A DNA stretch of 64,000 nucleotides from Vicugna vicugna (taxonomy: Eukaryota). A program made the translations under genes and the position numbers. The stretch spans positions 1,937,061-2,001,060 of the forward strand of contig MU058423.1 of the NCBI GenBank assembly GCA_013265495.1. Reading direction: 5' to 3'. Shown one piece after another: positions 24,604 through 36,525 of the stretch. Numbering within the stretch: the stretch's first letter is position 1; the number at the start of each line of letters is the position of its first letter. The notes beneath the pieces were generated by a model, which worked only from the letters and a program-made list of their open reading frames with translations, was not told the origin of the DNA and searched no databases.

Positions 24604-26167
24604 GTAACACTTAGCCATATTCTGAGCAAACTTCAACAGCAATGAAAGAAAACACTGGCCCAAGATTTATGGTAACATGTAATGACAATATCAGGTTTAA
24701 AAAAACTGATGATTTTCTCTGCTGTTTCTATACCAACTCTCACACTCCATCACTAATCCAGGAGACTCTGAGGGTTAATTCAACAGATGTGCACTGAACA
24801 GATTCTTATATTCTATTGGGAATCTTAGAGGAGGGATTGTATGTCTATGTACTTGTCTGGGAGACAATCCAGAGTTTTACCAGATTCCCAAAGACCTATG
24901 ATGCTAAAAAATAAAAACAAAAACCCACTAGCATCTTTTATCTAAACAGGAGTCTTATAAGCTTAAAAGCTGCAGGCCTGACCTCTTTGCTCTTCAGATG
25001 TGCCATACAGCTGTCTTGGACTAAAGGCCAATCTCTGTGGAGAGGATATGTGGGGCCGTTGGTGAACACTAAATACAAGAAGAGTAAAACTTTGGGGAGT
25101 TTTAATTTTTAAGTTAACTTTTAAAACTGAAGCATTATTTTATTCACCTTTTACCTAATGGGACATTTTGTGCTTGAACATTCAAAGACTATTAAAAGAC
25201 CAACTACTCACACAAATGTTTTTAGAAAACAGACTCCAGCTTTAGTTATCTTACACTAAAAGTTCTCAATATATTTGAATTACAAATTACTACAGCATTT
25301 CCAATCATCCACAAAAAGGAATTCAGCTTAAAACTTACTTTTGCTTCCCTCAATCCTGAAGTAAGACAGAAAAAGGGTCTGATCTTGCCCCACTATCATT
25401 TTTCTAAACCAAGTTTTATAACGATGTTAGATATAGAGGTACGTCTCTATAAACTTAAGACTCGGAAAAGCAAGTATCAAAAGAAAAAGTATAAAAACTT
25501 AATAAAAGAAATTATTATTGAAGGGAAAAAATGCACTCACTATCTGAGGTTCAATTTAGGTGGATCTAAAGGAAAAGTTTATACAAATATACAACTAATT
25601 CCTTATTTGCATCTACAAACACACCTCTTCCCATGAGGTCTAACTCAGCCAATACTTCATAACTGGAAAGCCAGCTAGAATTTTAAAGTCAAGCCCAAAA
25701 TTGTTATATAGAGATTGGTAAAAGAGGACCAAACACCAGAGATGCCTGGCACAGCTACTCTATGGCTAGTGCCCAGGTCAGTGAAATACAGGAAACAGAG
25801 TTTAAATACAGTTTGCTGATACATTTTTTTCAATCTTGACCCTTCTTTACTGGCTGTCCCAATGACACCTTGGAACTTTTCAAGCCTATTAGGCCAAAAG
25901 TGTAGGGAAGTAATAAATACCAGGGCACAGAGTATCTTACTCAAATAATAAAGGCAAGTAACAAAACTATAACATGTTTAGAGATATATGTTTTTTCATA
26001 TATCTTAAAATGTGTAAATAGTTCAGTGCATGAGAAGACAAGGCAAGTTTTTTGAGAAGTATTACTTAAAAGGAAAAAGCTACAGATGTGTGTGTGGGTC
26101 TTGATATCAACTTGCTGGGTCCTGATCTTTAAAAAATGTTTAATGAAAAAAGGACCACACATAGGTG

Positions 26168-26205
26168 GGTTCCATGGTGTAATGGTTAGCACTCTGGACT
26201 CTGAA
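26168..26205 (+). pseudogene. tRNA-Gln(CTG) 5'-half retropseudogene (tailless)
   Basis: GGTTCCATGGTGTAATGGTTAGCACTCTGGACTCTGAA equals nt 1-38 of vertebrate tRNA-Gln-CTG. Flanked by an 18-bp direct repeat. No T arm or acceptor 3' strand. Confidence 0.92.
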
Positions 26206-28089
26206 AAAAGGACCACACAGCAGATTAGAAATCAGAGTGCATCACTTTATTGTGAAACTTTTATTTCACATGCACACACACCTATGTAATATAAAATATG
26301 TGATGTAAAAATACATTCCTTACTGTCAGTGAGTCAAAAAAAAAAGCTACAAAGCCTTTTACTACCCATGTCCGTAATACCCTACCATCCTGTGTGAGGA
26401 TAAAGAGAGAGATCATGGTAGAATCTTTACCTGCTAACTCTGAGTATCATTTAGACAATCATAAATTTTATAAGTTGTACAAAAAAGTCAAAGAAAGTGA
26501 TAAGGCTGTTGCTGAAAGCTTAAGTAAAGAGTTTTAGTCTAGGGGTTGCTCACAATATCTTAAATAAGATTATGACAATTAAAATATAATTCAGTTAAAT
26601 TTCCTCCTCTATACCATGATCTCTCATTGACTAAATGTTGTGCTAGGCATCTTGTTGAAGGGAGACTTCAGGAAAGCCCTTGCTCCTTTAAGTCACTGCT
26701 CTGTGAAATGACAAAGAGGATTTTACAAAGGCCATTAGATTTGTTCCCAACTTCTAACTCCACCACCAACTGCCAAGAAACATCAGAAATACTGATTTAC
26801 AGATCCACTCGTCTCTTAACAGGTATGGACAGTTACATTACTGTCTTTAGCTTTAAGTAAATCGAAAGGCTTACTGGTTATACAGTATTAAATTCTAAAT
26901 CAAATTTAGACCTTCAGAACTGTGTGAGATCCTCATTTTTTACTTACCTAGGTTTGTTATTACCAAATTGCGAAAGTTGAAACTCTTATAAAAGACTACA
27001 GGCATTTTAAATTAGGAATCTAGCAAACAGTAAAACATTAATCCTCAAAAGACTAGTTAAAAGTGGTAACATCGATTACATGAACAATAATTTTCTCCTT
27101 CCTGTGTGAAAATGAAAAAGAAAAACAAGTTAGTCCTATACAGCATATTTTAATAATTCAAGGAAAGAAAAAAAGCATAAGAAACCGGTAGGAATCATAT
27201 AACTGAGATTTTTTTAAAGTTACTTTTTTTCTTTAAAAAAAGGTAAATAAAGCATATGGGCAAGAAAAGTATTTATACACCTCTTTTAACAGTGATTATG
27301 ATAAGAAATAAAGTAGCAACAAAATTCTTTATCAGAGCTTGGCTGAAATTGATTAATAGGGATTGAAATAAATAGAAGTTATACAATGACCCCGCCCCAC
27401 AAACAAGTGACCACCCCGCCCACTTCCTATTCCTTCCTTACTCAGTGACAAACTCAATTTTAGTTAATGTTATGGCTTGCTTCAGACTCAGTCAGTTTCA
27501 GGATTGTTCTAGGTTTCCTGACCTAGGGTGGTCAGTAGACCCAAGTGTGGGCCAAATGTCATGGTTCATCAAAACCCAAATGCTGTTTTTTTGCTGCTAG
27601 ATGGCACCAGAACTATACACTGATACCAAGATGGAAGCTTTGGAAGGTTGTGGAAAAATAAAAAGTATTGATATTTTTAAAACTTAATATATTTATAGTG
27701 GGCCCGTTAACAAAAGTTCACCTGCAGAAAGCAATATAAATGCAAAAATAGTGCCTTGGGCAAAAAAAAACAAGTATATAATCATATTCTCCAATGTACA
27801 AGATAGATATAAGTTACTTATGCAAAATTCCTAATCTTGTAACCAAGGCATTTGACATGTGAGCTCAAAATGCTAAGGGCTCAGTTTCATTTAAAAATAA
27901 AACCACCAACTGCCCACATTAGCTGCCCATAAAAGAAAACTGAATACAGTTCCCCTCTCCTCCACATGCCCCCCATTCCCAACTGATGAATACATATATT
28001 ATGCCAACATATATTTTAATATATTTTAAATCAATCAATATACCTCTGAACACTTTCTTAAAATGCCATAAATGTTTTGTTTTTGTTCT

Positions 28090-28250
28090 CACCACCAAAA
28101 GTTTATTTTCCATCCATACAGTTGATCTCCCTTACCCATTTGCCCTCCCCCCCGCCCCTTCCCTTCTGCTAACTACTACTCTGTTCTCTGTATCTATATG
28201 TTTATTTTTGTTTGGTTTGTTCATTTATTTTGTTTTTGTTTGTTTCATAA
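28090..28250 (-). mobile_element. L1 3'UTR fragment (antisense)
   Basis: cccttacccatttgccctccccc...ctactctgttctctgtatctatatgtttatttttgtttggtttgttcattt, typical of laurasiatherian L1 3' ends. Confidence 0.65.
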
Positions 28251-31200
28251 ATAATTATTTGATTATAACTCAGTATTCATTCACTCATTATCAAGAACTC
28301 TGCTAGCTGCTACACCGGACACAGACAGAAGTTACTCTTTCAATTTTCATTCATACTTTATTGGATGATGGCAAAGCACTCACTCTGTCAGCCTCATACA
28401 CTGTCAGGTCTTAACACTAAGCACAAGAATCTAGAACCTCTAAAACTCAGAAGTGTCAGAATTTGCATTCTTTTTCCATTTCATTAATTGAAAATTTGGT
28501 TGAGCCACTATAACCCATGTCTCCATTTTCTTACCTTTAAATGAAGGCATCCTAAGCTTCAGTATAATAAAAATGACCTTAAAATATATTGATGCTTCAC
28601 ACAATCAAGCAAGTATTTCACAGAAGTAATTTTTTTCAATAATTCAAGGAAAGCCATTTCTAATGCCAAATAACTCCAAGTTGATTATACTCCAGAATGA
28701 GCTAAAGTTAACTAACTAGCTCCTAAAGAAGAAATACATCTCTCTCTTGCTGTTAATTGTCAACATCACAATTCATCAGAAACATGATGGAGCAAAGCTG
28801 GTAATTTGGCACTAACACTTCAGCTGTGTTTTGTAAGAAAAGACAACAGCTAAAAATTCATCCATCTAAGCTTTTCTCTGTCCCATTAACACAGAAAAGT
28901 TCATCTCCTCATGAAATGATAGATCGTTTCCTATCTCTATGCCATCCTCATTTCAGATACGATATTAAATAACTATTCCACCCAATCCTCACTCCACCTT
29001 TTATCAATCATGCCTGCTACAATCTTACCAGTCATCTTGGCCTGTCAGTTGAATTTCTCTATGGCCTGAAATTTTATTTGGAAAACAAATACACAAACAA
29101 AACAACTCAACCCTTTTGGTCTGCTATGAATCCATTTCAGAGGGTGGGGGTAAGTGGGGGACAAGTGAGAAGGCAGAACAAAGTTCTCTGACCTTTAAAT
29201 CCTAAGGAATATATTATACCCTGAAAAGGCAAAAGAAAAGTGTAAATCATTTATTTATCCAGTGATTATTTTCATCATAAACAAGCAGCCCTATAGAATT
29301 TTATTTTGAGTATTCCCAGGATTAATGAATCCCCACAAAATCATAAAAAATAAATTCCAAACAGCTCTTTATTGTGGTTTAAAAAAGGAGTTTGGGGCGG
29401 GGGGATAGGGAGGTGGAGGGTAGTCCTTCCCTTGCAAAGATACTCCTTTACAAGACCAAGGAATCAAGTTTCAAAATTCTAACATAGACCACAATCCTTT
29501 TAATAAAACTTACATCACAGAGCCAATACTTAAAGCACTACCAGGAAATCTTACAGCAAATTTCTATCATGGGGCCTTTAAGAGAGTTCTTGTCTTGAAA
29601 GGCACTGAAGCTTATATTTACTAAATCATGTTGCCCAAGATTTTTCCCATCATGGCACATATAGAAAGTATTTGTAGGGCACACCCAAAGTAAAATGACA
29701 AGGCTGCTAACAGCCAGATGGCAGCTCCAGTGACCCCAGGGATCACTATCTCTGTATACCCTGGAAGTCTGCCACTAAGCTGCAGCCCAACAGCTGGAAG
29801 CTCTGGTTCAACACTGGCTAGTCGCTTACACAATTCTCAACAACTAATCTGAACTACTATCAAGGAACTTGGAACTATGGGCCTTCTGGGGGTATTTCAA
29901 GTCTTAACAAGATGGTAAACTTACAGTTGTAATCCTATTAAAAAGGATTCGTAACTCAGCTAAAATCAACTTCTGAGATATCAGGGATATAAATACTTTT
30001 TAGATGGGGTGTTAAACTCATCTTTAAAGGCATATGGCTTAACCCATAACATGATAGAGTAGTTTTAAATGATGATATTAAAAAAAAATTTAGAATTCTA
30101 TATTAAACACCAAACTTGAAAGATTATTCGAACCCCTTTTTTGTTGACTATAAGAAAACTGGTTTACCAAACTGTTTAAGGCAGTTGAACCCTATCTTCT
30201 TAGTTGTTCTAAATTATCACAGGAACCATTATTAGACATTCCTGCTCAGAACAAGGGTTACAACCATAGATATAAGGAAATAATTTGGACAATTTTATTG
30301 TACATAAGAATTAACTGAGTGCCACCCAGGAGGAAGTATGCTTGAAGGAAGGCAATGAATTTGCACAATTAACATGTATCTCAAGTGAATCTGATACAGG
30401 TGATCTGGAGACACTGAGGAAATGTTCAGAGGGGACCTCAGCTTAGGAAGTCTATACCAGTACCCAGTGTACTCCGCAGAGTGTTGGCTACATACAGTAA
30501 CCCCCAGCGTGGAGTGGAGACTCAGATGCACACACACTTTGCTAAATTGTGGCTGGTATTCTCTGCTATTCACAATGCTTTTGCTATGACCACAAAGGAA
30601 CCTAGTCTTTTGAATGCCAACTTATGTGTATATTTCTATTTAAAAACAATTAGAATACAGTGGTTTCTGATCTACCAACAACAATTTCTTTTAAAAATAT
30701 AATTTCCTTCAGAAATATAAGCCCTTAAATTGTTTAGGGTTAAAAGTACATTTGTATACAGCTTTTTCATGCTGTTACCAAAGAAGTACACAAATCTAAT
30801 AAAATCAGATCAGATATTTGGTCTTCTTTCACTTTCAGTGGTGGGGAAAGGCTAATTATTCCAACCAAATAGAGATGTTTGGTTACAGCAATGAAGCTCT
30901 GAATTGAACTTAACCTGTTAGCCATTTAAATCTAAGCCTGATTATGAAGCTAATACTTTTTCATAAGACAATTAGTCAGTAATAACATATAGTCCTGCAT
31001 TCTACATTTCACCTCGTTTGCTATTATAAATAGCATCCTAAAACTAAACACTCAACTGAATATTATTATCCTACTGAATGGCAATTAGATCTTAGAGACA
31101 AAATTTTAAAATATACTGATCTCTCAATTATCAAGCATGAATGGGAGAAACAGATTTAAAACAAATTATTTCATTAAACTTTGCAAGGAAATACATGGAA

Positions 31201-33446
31201 ACATACAAGTATGTTAAATAATTCCCTGCCCTAGTAGGAAAATAAACTAAATATATTTTAATCTTTAATGTTTCAGAAATGATGTTCTCACTTTAAATGT
31301 GTGTTTGAAATGAAAGGCTTATAAGCAGTTTTCTCTTAAACTACTTTAGTCCCTCCAGAATTTATAAAACAACGCATTTTCACTATTTTTAGCTTTATCC
31401 TCCTGATCTTTCAGCAGCACTATCTACCTCCTGTCCAAGAATTTCTAGTGTTTTCCCAGAAAATTACTTCTAATACCCTAGTCTTATAATTCACAGTTTA
31501 TTCACAGTAAATTGCTATACTGGTGGGCCTAAGGCAAGAATGACAAAGGATAAGAGGGGGTGCTGCCACTTTCCACATTCCCTGCTTTATAGAAATTTCT
31601 AGAATTGAGAGATTTGGTCAACTGTTTCTTAGATATCTAAAGGTCAACCACAATCAACATAATGCAAAGACTTGTCCCAGTTGGTTTCACTCCTTTGCTT
31701 AATTCCAAGAAATATTTGAGGTCACTGATCAAACAAGCAGTCAATAAGTAAAAGCAACTTAAAAGTTAGCCAAATTTAAATAAAATATTTCACCCATTCA
31801 TTACGTTAAGAAAAGGAAACATTAAGCAAATGAAACAAAGAAACAAAAAAATTAAATCTCTATCAGCGCCAAATAGGAGAATAAAGAGGACAGGAGACAA
31901 AGACATACACAAGCAGACAGGGAAAAAAATCCACTGAGAAATCATGTTCCAAGATATAAATGAAAATCAAAAGACATAATGGAAGCTCCATGCAGGCAGG
32001 TATTTTCATGTATTTTTGTCCATGGATTTATTCCTAGTACCCAGAACTGTGCTGGAATACAGCACCAAAATTTTTTGAATAAATAATCAGAATAACAGCC
32101 TTGACTTAAGGGGTTTTTTTGAATTTTAAATATAAAAACTTATAAAAGCCATATTGTTAAGTTTGCATCTATAAACATAATATGCATACAATAATCTAGG
32201 AAAGACTGTGGACCCCTAGAGGCCCTGAGCCCTTTTTTGGGAGTCTGAAGTCAAAACTATTTTCATAAAAACACTGAGACATTATTTGCCTTTTTCAAAG
32301 GGTTGACTTTTGCAGGTGTTTAAGTGCTCCTGCCTCGCACAAATACTCTTTACCACCACAAACTTTTTTTTTTAAGCCAGCCCTCACTCCTAAACTTCTA
32401 GACCTATACACGTAACCAATTATTAGGTATCACTGCTCAGTCTCAAACTCATCACAAACATGCCCAAGGCTGAGTTGATGATCCTTTCCCTCAAACAGGG
32501 TTCTGTGCTAATGTTTTGTTTTTCAGTGAATGGTATCATCATCCATCCAGGAAGATGAACCTGAAACCAGAAGTTGTCCTTAAGATTCTCTCACTTATGT
32601 CCTTAAACCCAAACACTCATCAAGTCCCTGCTGATTTTACTTCCCAAATCGCTCTCCAGTTCGCACTGCCTCCCATCGTAAATGCCTTCAGTGGCTTCCC
32701 ATTCAAACTCACATTTTTTTTTTAAAAAGTGTTTCACTTAAGAAGTTCTAGTATGTGCCACTAGCCAAATGATTTTGAGGACCCTCCCAATTCTTTCTTT
32801 TAAAAGAGCATTTTGATTTTAGGGGGAATTATACAGTCATTGTTTAATCCACTTGGTCAGGTAAGTCAGTTCCTTTTCATTAGCTCTCATAGCCTCCTGA
32901 ACATCCTTTATCACAGGTGTAATTTATGTGATCCCTCACTAAACTATATGGTCTACAAGGGCAGGGACCATGTCTCTTTTGGCTCATTATTGTATCCTCA
33001 ACACCTAGCACACTGCTGGGAATATAGTAAGTACTCAAATGTTTGTTCAGTGAAGGAAAAAAGATAATTAGTTCTCACTTTTTTCTCTGGAAAGTAGTAG
33101 AAAACTTGTAATTTTTTTCTTTGTAAGAATAATGGCCTCTAATAAGATTCATGGTAAAAGGAAATGGTATGTGTCCCTAATTTTCTCCAACTTCCATTAC
33201 AAGACTGGAGATGGGCTCTGGGTCCACAATTATTTTTTTCCCACAAGCTTAAACCCCTAACTCAGATGGACTGATTCAACTTCATCAATAGAAAACAAGA
33301 CAGGTAGGTGGCTTAACTTTCTAATGGGTCACAACACAGACTGCTGAGTACAAGAGAGAAGCTCCTTCCTTCAAGGAATGGTTCATGGCTGAGAATTACT
33401 AACAGAAAGGTTTGCATCACTAACAGGAATCCTTCCTTCCTTACAG

Positions 33447-33607
33447 GTTGGTTATATGATTATACCCAGACATACACCGGCTCCTTCTATTTCTCGGGCA
33501 CATGTTATCTCCTCTCTTCAGTTTCCTTTTTCTTTGTACCACTGGCTGAGAGATGGAAAAAAAGTCTGACCAGAAAAAGAGAGGACTGCAATCAAGTGAG
33601 AGCTTAA
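33447..33607 (+). CDS. SLC16A4: SLC16A4 last coding exon
   Basis: ttccttacag|GT; (G)WLYDYTQTYTGSFYFSGTCYLLSSVSFFFVPLAERWKKSLTRKREDCNQVRA*. The 8 coding exons sum to 1509 nt, giving 502 aa plus stop. Confidence 0.95.
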
Positions 33608-33630
33608 TAAAAGAAAATCCAAACCAAATG

Positions 33631-33685
33631 TCTAAACCATGTCACTGGAAAATCTAAACCAAAATCTAAACCATGTCACTGGAAA
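33631..33685 (+). repeat. 21-bp direct repeat in the SLC16A4 3'UTR
   Basis: tctaaaccatgtcactggaaa at 33631-33651 and 33665-33685, with a partial copy between. Confidence 0.9.
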
Positions 33686-34178
33686 CAAAAGCATGGAAGA
33701 AAAGTTCCCTCATTTGTAAAATGAGGTGAACCACATAGTTTTTAAGGTTCTTTTTTGCTTTAGCATTCTAAGGAATGTCTGACTGCTGGTAAAACAAGTG
33801 TAACAGCAACTTAAATTAAGCCCTTTGTTAGTATTTAATCAAACAGGCTGAAATTTTAATCATCTGAAGCAGTTACTTAAGGTATTAAATGAAAATCAGA
33901 ATGTACTGTAATAATAAAGTAACCAAACTCTCAATTGTGCCATGGTAATTCAGTCACTAAAATATGTGAAAATGGAAACCCATTGTGCTTAATTTAAAGC
34001 AGTATTAAACAGAGCCATTGGTTGAATAGAACTCTGGAATTTGAATGAATATTAAAAAATTGTTTAGTGACTGGAAAAGTATACACCCCCCAAATAGTTT
34101 ATCTGTGCTTTTTAATTAGAGGTAATCTTTGCTTTCATTATTTTGTTTAAATTTTCTATCATAAATGTATTGCTATGT

Positions 34179-34184
34179 AATAAA
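34179..34184 (+). terminator. Candidate SLC16A4 polyadenylation signal (alternatives at 33606-33611 and 33913-33918)
   Basis: AATAAA with TGTA elements just upstream. Confidence 0.5.
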
Positions 34185-36481
34185 AAATACAAACTACTAA
34201 AAAACTCAACAAACCTTTATTTCAAGATCATTTGTATAACTATTCCTACCCATCCAATGTTACTTTTTTTAATATATCTAATTAACTGAAGTGTCCAAGC
34301 TAAATAGCTAGACATCTCTTTAGAAATACAAGTTTTATATGAAAGTTGAATAAGTGGCTCTTAATGGGAGACAAACTAAAAGATGTTTCTTAAATATGGA
34401 ATAATTATGTTAACTAACTAATAATATCTCTTACACTAAGCAATTACATGTGGATAGAGAGCCCTTCATTATCTGGGTGATTTTAAGGGGAAAAAAAGCT
34501 ACCTACAGTTCTCTGCAATAACACCCTCCTCTAGAAACTCCTTCAGAATGGTCCTTAAAACTATTATTACTATTATGATTCCATTCTTCCATTCCTCTCT
34601 GCTTTAAAATGTCTATTGATTCCCTATAGAGAAAAATCCTAACCTGAAAGCCTGGTTTTAGCTCCAAAATGACATATCCACTCACTCCCTATGCATACGC
34701 CTTTTTGCAAGCTTTGCCACCAGCTACAATCCTAATGGCTTGCCTTTCTCCACCAGGCACAGTCTCACTTATCCTTCAAAATCTGATTCACTGAAGGCCT
34801 CTGGAAAACTTCCCCCAGCATTGTCATCCTCTCATCTGGAATCTCATTTAACTTTTAACAGAGCACTATATGAGCTGACATGTCAATCTTTTCCATCAGT
34901 CTCAAGATCAATAAGATGGATGATGTTTTTTATTCATCTTTCTATTCCCCAAGGCCCAGCATAAATTTTGGAACCAAATTAATCTGGGCTCAAATCTCAG
35001 TTATCTGAAAAACAGTAGTTGGTCCTATTTAAATTGTATAGGTATTACACTTAGTTGTAAACGTATGACATTCTTTTTACATTTCAGATTTAAGACAATA
35101 TGAATAAAACAGAAACACTATCCCTCACACATACAAACAGCAAAAATAATTAATAATAAAAGTAGCTCTGCCACTTCTTACTATGTGACCTCATCAAAGG
35201 TATTCAACCTCTAAATCCCAATTTACTCCTCTGTAAAATGAGGACACCAGCAACCTACCTCACAACTATACTGTGAGGATTAAATGAAAATACACTTGTC
35301 CCAAGCGAAGTACCCCTCATACACAGTAGTGCTAATTTCCTTTCTTCTTTCTGTATCAAAACACAAGATCTTTAAAAAATTAATAATTTACTAGGAACCA
35401 CTCTCATCCATACCCCCTTCCCTTCTGAGCAGGTATTGTTCAAAGACTCTAACTACCTAGGGCAACTAGATTCTTTATTCCTGTGAAAGCAAACTATACA
35501 TTTTAAGTAGGACCAACTAAAGATCTTCAAGTTCAGTTCTGATTTACACAGGCTTTATGAATCTTACACAACACAGCAGTTCTTAACCCCACTCAATGGT
35601 CACAGCTCCACTAAACCTGGGTAGTGTGGATCAAAAGAATTTGAATCTAGACTGCAGGAACATAACTAATGTATTCATTGTATTAACAATTAACTTACGA
35701 TGTTTCTATTCATTTACTACTTCCCTCGAACAATATTATGTCAACACATTTCTAAGTAACCATAATTTAGACATACTATCTCAGACATATACAGGATTTC
35801 AAGAAAAGCAAATAAGTACACTGATTTTCTATGTCCTACCCCTTCAAGATATTCCATGGGACAAAGAGGAAACACAAAGTAGACCTGGGATATTATACAA
35901 GTATGTGTTTGGAGAAACAGGGTGGTGAATAATTTTATTTCAACATCCAATATACACTAGTCACTGAGGTAGGCACATTTTATATTCAATTTCATTTCAT
36001 CTTCATAATCTTTAGAAGCAAAAACTATGATGCCTATTTTACAAATTAATAACTCACGGTCATAGAAATTAAACACCCAGTAAGTAGCAGAGTTACCATT
36101 CAAACACAACCTTACACAAAACCCTATGCTTTCCCCTTTAGATAACCCTGGCTTCTTGGCAGTACCATAAGATTATGAAGCTAATTTAACCGAAAGCAGT
36201 TATCTTGTAATAAATTTGTTCTAACTCAAATTGGCATAAAATTTTAGTATCTAGATTAAAATTAAAAGATCCAAATTACCTAAGAACCAAAACAAACAAA
36301 TTAAAGCCACAAAACACATCTGCTACAACACATTAACAATGTGGTTGTTAAAGATAATGAACTTTTTTAGGTCTTCCAATAGTCACCAACCCCAAACCAA
36401 CCAAAGAAAGTAATAATGCCTAAATATGCGCCACTTGTAATTCCTCAATACTAAAATATTAGTTGAAATGCTTATAAACTG

Positions 36482-36525
36482 TTGATAATATGAACCTTGA
36501 TAATATGAACCTTGATAATATGAAC
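36482..36525 (+). repeat. 15-bp tandem repeat, about 3 copies
   Basis: (ttgataatatgaacc) x about 3. Confidence 0.95.

Noticed and set aside
26168..26240. Functional tRNA-Gln gene
   Set aside because: Only the 5' 38 nt are present. There is no T arm/B box, acceptor 3' strand or poly-T terminator.
29394..29420. G-quadruplex-like G-run cluster
   Set aside because: Isolated intronic motif of a very common kind with no supporting context.
12592..33607. SLC16A4 as a pseudogene
   Set aside because: All exon phases join, splice sites are GT-AG, and there is no internal stop or frameshift.
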